Below, piece by piece: positions 1-7,366 of a stretch of DNA of 32,547 nucleotides. The translations under genes were made by a program, and so were the position numbers. Within the stretch, counting starts at the first letter, position 1; each line of letters opens with the position of its first letter. This DNA is from a virus (Duplodnaviria; Caudoviricetes), in the IMG/VR virus record IMGVR_UViG_3300002543_000011, positions 1 to 32,547 of that record. One strand, written 5' to 3'. The notes under the pieces were generated by a model. It had not been told where the DNA came from, did not search any database, and was given only the letters and a program-made list of their open reading frames with translations.

Positions 1-1
1 G

Positions 2-658
2 CTCGACTGGCTCGAGCCGCTCGTCTGGGAGTACGTCTGCCGAAAGGCGAAAAAGCCGGACATTGAGTCCTTCGGGTACGGACGGGGATACGTCGCGGCG
101 CTCGACCAGTGGCGCGTCTTCGTCCACAAGCTCTCGGCCCTCCGCGCGAAGGGCATGAACGTGTTGTTGATCGCGCATGCGATCCGCAAGCCGTTCAGGA
201 ACCCGATGGGGGACGACTACGAGCACTGGACGATCAAGCTCCACGCAGCGGCCGCGGGGCTCATCGTCGAGTGGTGCGACGTCGTCGGCTTCATCTCGCA
301 GGACGTTGCGACCGAGGATACGTCTGGGCGAACGAAGGCCCAGACGACGGGCAAGCGCATCATGCGCACGCACCCGGATCCGGCGTACCTCGCGAAGACC
401 CGCTTTGCGATGCCGCAGCGGATCGTTCTGCCGCGTGACGGAGCGTGGGCAGCGTTCGCACGCGCGATGCGTGACGGCGACGTCGCGCAGATCAGGCAGC
501 TCAGCGACACGCTCGAAGAGCGTATCAAGCTCGTGGGCGACGCCGAGCTCGAGAAGAAGGCGCGCTCGTTCGTCAAGACGAACGGCAGAACGGTCTCCGT
601 GCTCACGGAGGCGATTCAGACGTTGGACCACTACCTCGCCGAGCGGAAGGCGAGCTGA
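2..658 (+). CDS. Phage AAA_24/Sak4-like ATPase (5' truncated by window)
   Basis: Frame is open from base 2: LDWLEPLVWEYVC...IESFGYGRGY...MNVLLIAH...EWCDVVGF...AKTRF, typical of phage AAA_24 proteins; followed by an SSB-like gene. Confidence 0.8.
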   Translation, partial: LDWLEPLVWEYVCRKAKKPDIESFGYGRGYVAALDQWRVFVHKLSALRAKGMNVLLIAHAIRKPFRNPMGDDYEHWTIKLHAAAAGLIVEWCDVVGFISQDVATEDTSGRTKAQTTGKRIMRTHPDPAYLAKTRFAMPQRIVLPRDGAWAAFARAMRDGDVAQIRQLSDTLEERIKLVGDAELEKKARSFVKTNGRTVSVLTEAIQTLDHYLAERKAS

Positions 659-676
659 GAGAGAGGAGCGACAGAT

Positions 677-1240
677 ATGACACTGGTCGACGGTGGACGG
701 TACAAGGCCCGCGCCTGCGGGCAGGTCGTGCTCGGCAGGTCGAGCGAGAAGGGAACGCCCTTCATCGAGTTCTACTTCAAGATCACGGAGGGCGACGACG
801 CCGGCGCCGAGGTCCGCTGGACAGGATATTTCGCCGAGCGATCGGCGGCGCGCACCATCGAGTCCCTTCAGTACTGCGGCTGGGAGGGCGAGGACCTCGG
901 CGAGTTCGCAGACGGCGAGCTCCACGGTCTCGACACCAACGAGGTCGAGATCGTCGTGCAGCTCGAAGAGTACGAGAAGGATGGCGAGAAGCGCGTCACG
1001 CCGCGCGTCTCGTGGGTAAACCGCCTCGGCGGCGGGTATCTGCAGATCCAGAACGCCATGACTGCCGACGAGGCAGCGGCGTTCGGCGCCAAGATGAAGG
1101 GGCTCGTCCTGAAATCGAGGCAGAGGAGGAGCCCCGCGCAGCTCCGCGAGGAAGCGGACGACTTCCCCTTCGGGGCGAACGTCGAGCCGCCGAAGAGCGA
1201 GCCGAAGGCGACCGGCACGGGGGGCCGGCGAAGGTTCTGA
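677..1240 (+). CDS. Phage ssDNA-binding protein (DUF669-like)
   Basis: GAGGAG SD; beta-rich N-terminus (SSEKGTPFIEFYF); DDFPF motif near the C-terminus; sits directly after the Sak4-like gene. Confidence 0.6.
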   Translation: MTLVDGGRYKARACGQVVLGRSSEKGTPFIEFYFKITEGDDAGAEVRWTGYFAERSAARTIESLQYCGWEGEDLGEFADGELHGLDTNEVEIVVQLEEYEKDGEKRVTPRVSWVNRLGGGYLQIQNAMTADEAAAFGAKMKGLVLKSRQRRSPAQLREEADDFPFGANVEPPKSEPKATGTGGRRRF

Positions 1241-1305
1241 CTCCGTCGCGTCACCTCCCCCTACGCGACAGGGCCTTGGCGCGCGGCCTCGTAGCGCGCC
1301 GTTTG

Positions 1306-1394
1306 GTCTCGGCAGGATCGCAGCGTTGCGCCGACATCGAGAGGGGTAAGGCGGTCGGCAGCGCGCTCCGGGTTCGAGTCCCGGCGAGACGCCA
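1306..1394 (+). ncRNA. tRNA-like structured RNA (non-canonical, no assignable anticodon)
   Basis: GTCTCG (1306-1311) pairs with CGAGAC (1385-1390), followed by G-CCA; canonical T-arm CCGGG-TTCGAGT-CCCGG (1368-1384); central GCCGAC/GTCGGC stem with an 18-nt loop. Confidence 0.45.
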
Positions 1395-1404
1395 AGGAGG
1401 GATC

Positions 1405-1455
1405 ATGGGAAGCGATCGAGAAGTTGACCCCATCGACCCCGGCGGAGGACAGTGA
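1405..1455 (+). CDS. Possible 16-aa peptide MGSDREVDPIDPGGGQ
   Basis: Strong SD AAGGAGG immediately after the CCA; stop overlaps the next start (GTGATG). Confidence 0.3.
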   Translation: MGSDREVDPIDPGGGQ

Positions 1456-1667
1456 TGTTCAGCATAGGCACCGAGTGCGAGGTCGTCGCCGGAGTTCATT
1501 GCGGCGCTATCGTGCGCCTGCGTGAGCGCGCGGGCATGACGGAGGACGGTGCGCAGCAGTGGCGCGCCGACTGCGCTGGCTCGCGACCGATCTACGTGAG
1601 GGAGGACCAGGTTCGACCGCTAGCGGATCGGTTCCGTGCACTTACGCGCACGGCAGAGGAGCGATGA
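1452..1667 (+). CDS. Small hypothetical protein, possibly SH3/KOW-like beta barrel
   Basis: GGAGG SD; FSIGTECEVVAGVHCGAIVRL resembles a KOW motif; ATGA overlap with the next ORF. Confidence 0.6.
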   Translation: MMFSIGTECEVVAGVHCGAIVRLRERAGMTEDGAQQWRADCAGSRPIYVREDQVRPLADRFRALTRTAEER

Positions 1668-1831
1668 GCCTGCTCGACGAGATTGCCGAGCTTCTCTTGA
1701 GGGCCCTCGAATGTCCCGACCACGACGAGTCCTCGGCTACGCGCGCGTCTCCTCAGCCGAGCAAGCCCTCGGTTCGTCACTCCGAGACCAACAGGCCGCG
1801 ATCGCAGCGTACGCGGCGACCCGCGGCCTGA
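1664..1831 (+). CDS. Short ORF overlapping the integrase start
   Basis: GAGGAG SD and ATGA coupling; amphipathic helix MSLLDEIAELLLRALE. Confidence 0.4.
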   Translation: MSLLDEIAELLLRALECPDHDESSATRASPQPSKPSVRHSETNRPRSQRTRRPAA

Positions 1832-3102
1832 AGGTCACGCGCTTCTACGTCGAGGCCGAGAGCGCGATCTACGAGAAAATCGAGCGCCGCGAGCAGATGC
1901 AGGCGCTCATGCGCGAGGTCCGCGCCGGCGACCTCGTACTCTGCGACAAGATCGACCGCTGGAGCCGAGACCCCGAGTTCACCTATGGCTCGGTGCGGCG
2001 GATCCTGGAGCTCGGCGCGAGCATCTATTTCGTCGGCGACGCGTGCGATCCGTCGACGGACATCGGCGACAGCATGCTCGGCATGCGTGCCTACTTCGCT
2101 CGCGAGGAGCACAAGCGGATCCGTCAACGAACCGTTGGCACGCGGAACCTGCTCCGCGAACGTGGCTACTACGTCGAGGGAACGCCGCCGTTCGGGTACC
2201 GCCGCTCGACGGCCAAGGACATCGAGCGGAACGTGCTCGTCGTCGACCCTGAGGCCGCCGAGCTCGTGCGCGAGATGTTCCGGCTCGCGCTGGCCGGGGA
2301 GTCGCTCTCTCAGATCGCGAGAGCGCTCGGTCTCGGTCGAAAGCGGGTCTGGTCTTCGCTCCGGTGTCGCTCGTACCTCGGCGAGATCAAGACGTCGCGA
2401 GGATGGGTGCGCGGCAAGCACGAGCCCATCATCGATGCCGCGACCTTCGAGCGCGTGCAGCGCGCGCTCACCGAGCGTCGACTCGGAGGGCCGCGACCGC
2501 GCAACGCGCTGGCCGAGACGGACACGTGGATTCTGCGCAGCATCGCCGTCTGTGCCCACTGCGGAGCGAAGATGCGTTCGGCGTACGCAGGGCCAAAAGG
2601 AGAGGGGCGGCGGTACTACTACTGGTGCGGACGCCGATGCCGCCGACGATACGTGCCCGTCGCGCTCGCTGAAGAGAAGGTCGGGCCGCTCGTGCTCGAG
2701 CGTCTCGCCGAGCTCCGAGAGGAGCTCGCTCGGCCCCCGAAGAGCAAGGGGCCGACGATCGACTTCGGGGCGCGTCGACGTCGTCTTCAGCAACGCCGCG
2801 AGCGCTATCTCGATGCGCACGCCGACGGGCTCATGACGCTCGCCGAGCTCCGCGCTGCGCTCGCGAAGGTAGACGAGGAGCGGCTCCGTCTCGATGCTGA
2901 AGCGGCGAGCTCGACGCCAGTTCTCGACGCGGCGACGAAGCGGGCGACGCTCCGCGAGCTCGCGACGCTCGAACAGGCTTGGCGGCGAGCGACGCCCGCT
3001 CTGAGGCGCGAGATCATCGCACGGCTCGCCGTGCGCGTCGGCGTGGCCGAGGATGGCTCGGTGCAGCCCGTCTGGCGGCCACTGGCGGAGCTCCGAGCGT
3101 GA
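1711..3102 (+). CDS. Large serine recombinase (phage integrase)
   Basis: YARVS catalytic motif, DKIDRWSR, GTPPFGY recombinase domain, HEPIID, zinc ribbon (CAHCG...YYWC) and coiled coil; start placed at ATG 1711. Confidence 0.93.
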   Translation: MSRPRRVLGYARVSSAEQALGSSLRDQQAAIAAYAATRGLKVTRFYVEAESAIYEKIERREQMQALMREVRAGDLVLCDKIDRWSRDPEFTYGSVRRILELGASIYFVGDACDPSTDIGDSMLGMRAYFAREEHKRIRQRTVGTRNLLRERGYYVEGTPPFGYRRSTAKDIERNVLVVDPEAAELVREMFRLALAGESLSQIARALGLGRKRVWSSLRCRSYLGEIKTSRGWVRGKHEPIIDAATFERVQRALTERRLGGPRPRNALAETDTWILRSIAVCAHCGAKMRSAYAGPKGEGRRYYYWCGRRCRRRYVPVALAEEKVGPLVLERLAELREELARPPKSKGPTIDFGARRRRLQQRRERYLDAHADGLMTLAELRAALAKVDEERLRLDAEAASSTPVLDAATKRATLRELATLEQAWRRATPALRREIIARLAVRVGVAEDGSVQPVWRPLAELRA

Positions 3103-3104
3103 AG

Positions 3105-3139
3105 AAGTCGTTTCCTGCAAGTTATCGGAGGAACGACTT
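3105..3139. other. Imperfect inverted repeat: candidate attP (or terminator)
   Basis: AAGTCGTT (3105-3112) ... AACGACTT (3132-3139), AT-richer than surroundings, 2 nt after the integrase stop. Confidence 0.4.
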
Positions 3140-3195
3140 GTTTACCATCCCAACAGGGACAGCCGGCGTGTGGGACAGACCAAGAGGAGGTCGAA

Positions 3196-3438
3196 ATGGA
3201 TCTGATTGGCAAAGAGGTCGTGGTTCTGTGCGCGAACTACATCTATACGGGTGTCCTCGAGGCGGTGGGGCACGACGTGCTCGTGCTGTCCTCGCCGAGC
3301 ATCATCTATGAGACGGGGGAGTGGAGTGACGACGCTTGGCGCGACGCGCAGCGCCTTCCGGCGAGGCGGATCACGATCGAGCGCACGGCCGCCGAGGCGC
3401 TGTTCGAGCTGGATCGCTCGGCGGCGAGGGAGCGATGA
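3196..3438 (+). CDS. Small hypothetical protein, probable Sm/LSm-like fold
   Basis: GAGGAGG SD; IGKEVVV...YTGVLEAV..DVLVL resembles the Sm1 motif. Confidence 0.7.
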   Translation: MDLIGKEVVVLCANYIYTGVLEAVGHDVLVLSSPSIIYETGEWSDDAWRDAQRLPARRITIERTAAEALFELDRSAARER

Positions 3439-3682
3439 GCACTGATCGAGATGACGAACCGGCTGCGCGTGTGGCGGAGAGGGGTGGTGCGACGCCTGCC
3501 AAATCGCGACGAGGCGTGCACCACGGTGACGAGGCCGCGCCCAATCAGGGCACCGACGACCGCTGACCAACGCATTTCGCGGGCACGCGAGGGAGTGGCT
3601 CGACGCGTGCGCGGAGATCGCGTCGATCTGCGACGACTGGGACTGAGCGCGTCGTGACGGCGCTCGATAGGAAGGAGGAGTA

Positions 3683-4243
3683 ATGAAAACGTATACGTGG
3701 CGGAGGGGAGCCCTCACAGAGGGCATCGAAGTTAGCGAGGTGGACCGCTTCGGTCTCGCGCTCGTGCTCGGGGAGCGCGGGCGCGGGCGGTGGCAGGAGA
3801 TCGTCACCCTCGACCGGCGGTCGCCGCCGGTCGTAACGAGTGGGCGCGTCGTCGAGGCGACGGCGCGCACCATCAAGCTTCCGGCTCGCGACGGGCGACC
3901 GGAGCGCAAGTTCGTCGTACTTGAGGCGGCCACCGCGGACAAGAGCGCGGTCCTCGTTCGTGTGTGCACCGAGTGGGTGTACACGCGCGGCAGTCGTGGT
4001 TTCGTTACGATCCTGCGCGGAGACGTGCAGGTCCTTGCGCGCGGGAACGGCGCGCACGGCATGGCCGGAAACATCGGCGCTTGGGACGACGTGTTGATCG
4101 TCGTCCCACGCGGGGGCGAGATCTATATCCGCCCGGAGGGGGGCGCAAAAACCACAGCCTATAGGCTGTGGGTTGATGGTAACGGTCGCGTCGACAGCGC
4201 GACCGAATCCGACCGCGAGCGCATGCTCGCAGTCGGAGCGTGA
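3683..4243 (+). CDS. Hypothetical protein (186 aa, beta-rich)
   Basis: AAGGAGGAG SD and a protein-like, globular-looking sequence. Confidence 0.8.
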   Translation: MKTYTWRRGALTEGIEVSEVDRFGLALVLGERGRGRWQEIVTLDRRSPPVVTSGRVVEATARTIKLPARDGRPERKFVVLEAATADKSAVLVRVCTEWVYTRGSRGFVTILRGDVQVLARGNGAHGMAGNIGAWDDVLIVVPRGGEIYIRPEGGAKTTAYRLWVDGNGRVDSATESDRERMLAVGA

Positions 4244-4250
4244 TGGTCTG

Positions 4251-4460
4251 ATGCCCCGCCGCAAGCCCACCCCGGAGCGCGCCCGACGCTCGCGCTCCGG
4301 GCCGACGCAGCCCGAGTCCAAGCGCAAGCGCCAGCAGTGGCTCTTGCGCGTCCGGCCCGAGGTCCGCGAGCTCGCCCGCGCGCGAGCCGCGCGGCTCGGC
4401 GTCGACGTCTCCTCGTACGTCGAGGGGCTCGTCGAGAGGGACGCGAGGCAGGCGAAGTGA
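4251..4460 (+). CDS. Ribbon-helix-helix DNA-binding protein
   Basis: QWLLRVRPEVRELARARAARLGVDVSSYVEGLV fits the Arc/CopG-type RHH pattern; basic N-terminal tail. Confidence 0.7.
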   Translation: MPRRKPTPERARRSRSGPTQPESKRKRQQWLLRVRPEVRELARARAARLGVDVSSYVEGLVERDARQAK

Positions 4461-4488
4461 GCCGGGCAAAGGAGTCGCCGAGAAAGGA

Positions 4489-4914
4489 GTGACGGACATG
4501 AACGAGCTGAAGTGGAGCTACTCCGACGACCAGGAGGAGTGGTCAGGAACCTGCGCCTCTAGGCAGGAGGCGATCGAGCAAGGGACCGCCGAGTACGGCG
4601 GCAAGCCGTTCTATGTGGCTCCGTTCCGTAAGCCGTCGCCTCTGGAGATGTTTCCTCGAGTTGACGACTTATTCGTCACCGCAGGGGCAAGGGCATACGA
4701 AGAATCCGGCGTGGAGGACTGGCCCACGCTCCCCGAGGAGGAGAGGGCGCGTTTCGCCAGGGAGTACGTGGCGCTGATCCTGCGGTACTTCCCGGACGTC
4801 CCGTTCTACGTGATGGCGGGCGGGGCCGAGCGCATCGAGCCTCGAGTTTACAGACGACGACGAGGAGCCGATCGAGTAGCTACGCCGCGTCGTCAGGCCA
4901 GTTGCGGCGGATGA
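4489..4914 (+). CDS. Hypothetical phage protein
   Basis: AAAGGAG SD (start GTG 4489 or ATG 4498); WSYSDDQEEWSG...SRQEAI N-terminus; 3' end overlaps the convergent endolysin. Confidence 0.7.
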   Translation: MTDMNELKWSYSDDQEEWSGTCASRQEAIEQGTAEYGGKPFYVAPFRKPSPLEMFPRVDDLFVTAGARAYEESGVEDWPTLPEEERARFAREYVALILRYFPDVPFYVMAGGAERIEPRVYRRRRGADRVATPRRQASCGG

Positions 4915-5692
4915 CGTCGTCCACCGAGTCGCGCGGGTGCTCGACGGGTGGGTGGACGATGCGGAAGTCCGCGACGGGCTGCACCGGCGCGTCGACGATG
5001 GTGGGCTCGTCGTCCTCGTCGTCGGTGCGGCTCTCCACGGCGTCGCCGACGACCCAGCTCGGGAGCCGACCGAGATGGTCGCACTGCACGCTGTTGGTGT
5101 CGACAAGCACGCCGGTGTTGCGCCAGATCATCCCGTTGGACTGGCCGTGCCAGTCCTGACGCATGCACCACCCGCACCTCGGGTACGCGTCGCGTCCGCT
5201 TCGGTCGACGCACCGGCCGATGCCGAGCCAGTAGCGGACGACGCCGAGGGCGTAGAGCTCTTCGCCCGTGAAGGGTTGCGGAGAGCCCACGTAGAGCCCC
5301 GGCATCCACCCACCCCCCTTGATGTCTCGCGCCCACGTGTTGATCAACGTCGTGAGCTGCGCGAGGCCGCTCGGTGTCTGCCCCATGTTCCAGGGGTCGA
5401 GCCCCTCGAGGTCGAGCCACACCGTCGTGCCGGCGGGGATGCCGAGCGCTCGGAGCTGCGCGATCTCGTCGGTCGCGCCGTCCTTGTACTCGCCCGCGAA
5501 CGTCACGGGCATGAAGGCGAGGCCAGCGTCGAGCACGTAGCGCAGGCGCGTCGCGTTCATCGCGCCTAAGTACCCGACCAGACCGTCAACGCCCGTGGCT
5601 TTCAGCGCGCGCGCCTGAGCCTCCGTTCCGCTCTGCGAGAACGGCAGGCTGTCGACGATGCGGGACCCGACGGGAACAACCTCGACTCTCAT
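4880..5692 (-). CDS. Endolysin, DUF1906/GH25-like glycoside hydrolase
   Basis: GLVGYLG, VWLDLEG, PGLYVG, YW and VDTN motifs; last gene of the late operon; start at 5692 set by ATGA overlap. Confidence 0.75.
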   Translation of the reverse strand: MRVEVVPVGSRIVDSLPFSQSGTEAQARALKATGVDGLVGYLGAMNATRLRYVLDAGLAFMPVTFAGEYKDGATDEIAQLRALGIPAGTTVWLDLEGLDPWNMGQTPSGLAQLTTLINTWARDIKGGGWMPGLYVGSPQPFTGEELYALGVVRYWLGIGRCVDRSGRDAYPRCGWCMRQDWHGQSNGMIWRNTGVLVDTNSVQCDHLGRLPSWVVGDAVESRTDDEDDEPTIVDAPVQPVADFRIVHPPVEHPRDSVDDVIRRNWPDDAA

Positions 5693-5787
5693 GCGCACCC
5701 CCGCGCGAGAATGAGCGCCCAAACCGTGATGAGGAGCAGCATCGCGATCGCGAGTCCGGCTTCTGCGATCGGGCGCGGGTCGAACAT
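5689..5787 (-). CDS. 32-aa single-TM peptide (holin/antiholin-like)
   Basis: Manual translation MFDPRPIAEAGLAIAMLLLITVWALILARGCA; coupled by TGATG upstream and ATGA downstream; not in the ORF track. Confidence 0.55.
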   Translation of the reverse strand: MFDPRPIAEAGLAIAMLLLITVWALILARGCA

Positions 5788-5864
5788 CAGCCCCCCAGCT
5801 CCTCGCGCGCCTGTTGGTCCTGCATCCTGCGGAACAGGTGAGTGACGTTGCTGCGCCTCATCAT
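5787..5864 (-). CDS. Possible 25-aa peptide
   Basis: MMRRSNVTHLFRRMQDQQAREELGG; GAGGA SD; ATGA and TGATG overlaps on its two sides. Confidence 0.35.
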   Translation of the reverse strand: MMRRSNVTHLFRRMQDQQAREELGG

Positions 5865-6064
5865 CGCTTGTCCTCCTCTCGCTGCATCATCCGCTCGACC
5901 GCGACAGCCACCTCCGGGGCGACGCATCCCGATCCGAGGCAGACCGGGCAGCGCGCCAGCGTCTCGGCCTCGCTGTCGGGCGCGTCCTCGTCGACCCGCA
6001 CCGGCTCGCGGCGTGGTTCGGTCGGCCGGCGGTCCGGCGGGAGGCGGTACGGGTCACGGGGCAC
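5861..6064 (-). CDS. Small protein with a CxxCxGxG zinc-finger half-motif
   Basis: CPVCLGSGC; start inferred at GTG 6064. Confidence 0.5.
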   Translation of the reverse strand: MPRDPYRLPPDRRPTEPRREPVRVDEDAPDSEAETLARCPVCLGSGCVAPEVAVAVERMMQREEDKR

Positions 6065-6215
6065 GACCGCCGCCAAACTTCGCGGCCTCCGCAGCGTCCG
6101 CGGCGAGGTTCGCGCGCGCGATGGCCGCCTCGTCAAGCAGCCGGCGCGCCTCGGTCGCCGGGACAAGATCGAGGATGAGGGAGATGAGCCTGCGCACGAT
6201 GTCGAGCGGATTCAT
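6054..6215 (-). CDS. Small amphipathic-helix protein in the lysis cassette
   Basis: MNPLDIVRRLISLILDLVP...; GGAGGT SD; ATGA overlap. Confidence 0.55.
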   Translation of the reverse strand: MNPLDIVRRLISLILDLVPATEARRLLDEAAIARANLAADAAEAAKFGGGRAP

Positions 6216-6622
6216 TGCGCACCTCCGTCCGTTACGGTTTCGCTGATGCCCCACTTGAGGTTGACGATCTGCCGACACAGCCGGCTCTCCTCGAGCGTGC
6301 GCGCCTCGTCCACGCACTGGAGCAGCTCCGCGGTGTACGCGCCCTCGGCAGCGGCCGCCGCCGCGCTCGCGGGAGGCGTGCAGCCCTGCTCCGCGGCGAG
6401 GATGGCGCCCGCGACGACGAGCACGGCGCCCGCGCCTGCGCCCTTGTCGTCGCCCGACCCGGTGAACCAGCGGAAAGCCGCGGCCGCCCCGGTGCCCACT
6501 GCCGTGCCTAGTACGCCGACCACGATGTTGTCCGCGCCGAAGCGGATCGCCACGATGAGGGCCGCGAGCAACGCGATGAGCGTCGCCACCGTCCCGATAA
6601 CTTTTGCGAGCTGCACGTTCAC
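6212..6622 (-). CDS. Membrane protein (holin/spanin-like) with internal lipobox-like GC
   Basis: Three hydrophobic segments, then LAAEQGC and a Cys pair; AAAGGAG SD favours GTG 6622. Confidence 0.65.
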   Translation of the reverse strand: MNVQLAKVIGTVATLIALLAALIVAIRFGADNIVVGVLGTAVGTGAAAAFRWFTGSGDDKGAGAGAVLVVAGAILAAEQGCTPPASAAAAAAEGAYTAELLQCVDEARTLEESRLCRQIVNLKWGISETVTDGGAQ

Positions 6623-6640
6623 TGTCCCCACTCCTTTCGT

Positions 6641-7366
6641 TCACGCAATCGTGATCCCGTACTTGGCGCCGAGCGCCGTCATGCACGCTGCGCGCTGCCC
6701 AGCATCGAGCTCGACGCCGAAGACAAGGACGCGCGCGATGTTCCCCTTAAGCGCAAAGGTAGCGGACGGGCCGTCGGCCCAGTTGCCGATCGTCCACGAG
6801 CCGGGCGTGAATCCGCTGCTAGCCTCAGTACCGGATGCCGTCGTGGAGTTGACGTAGAACCTCTGCGTCCCTCCAGACAGCGTCAGCATGAGGACCGACG
6901 GAGTCCCGGAACTTTTGTCGGAGCTCACCCGGGTCGAATCGGCCGACGCCCACGCCCTCCAGGTCGCGTCCAAGTTCGCGGCGTAGATCGCGGCGTGCGT
7001 CGACGCGCACGAGATAGCGTACTTGTTCGTTCCGGTCCCGGTCGAGCCGTCCGTATACGCCACGACGACGATCGAGAACGGTCCGCCGTTGCCGATGCCG
7101 GGGTCTGGCATCGTGAGCCGGCGCGCCGTGTCGCCCGGGAACCCCATCGAGGGCGCCCCGTTGAAGTTCACGTCCGACGCATTGTACGTCGGGGCCAACG
7201 CCACGGTCGCGTCGTTCCCGTTGCCGCTCGAGTCCGGTAAGGCGGTAACCTCGCCGTCGGCCGCCGTGGCGTGCGCGACGTCGTAGTCGACTAGCGGCGT
7301 GAGACCTGCCCACTCGGCCGGGGCGGCACGTCCGGAGATCGCGTAGAGTGGGAGCCCGGCCAACAT
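6641..7366 (-). CDS. LamG/concanavalin A-like virion (receptor-binding) protein
   Basis: DSSGNGNDA, FNGAPSMGF, LKGNIARVLVF and LGAKYG motifs of phage LamG-like jelly rolls; TGATG overlap sets the start. Confidence 0.75.
   Translation of the reverse strand: MLAGLPLYAISGRAAPAEWAGLTPLVDYDVAHATAADGEVTALPDSSGNGNDATVALAPTYNASDVNFNGAPSMGFPGDTARRLTMPDPGIGNGGPFSIVVVAYTDGSTGTGTNKYAISCASTHAAIYAANLDATWRAWASADSTRVSSDKSSGTPSVLMLTLSGGTQRFYVNSTTASGTEASSGFTPGSWTIGNWADGPSATFALKGNIARVLVFGVELDAGQRAACMTALGAKYGITIA

Noticed and set aside
1306-1394. Canonical tRNA or tRNA-derived attachment site
   Set aside because: No 7-nt anticodon loop and only a 6-bp acceptor stem; the integrase is serine-type, which does not normally carry a duplicated tRNA 3' end
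1711-3102. Tail-fibre invertase/shufflon role for the recombinase
   Set aside because: Domain architecture is that of a large serine integrase, and no inverted fibre cassettes were seen
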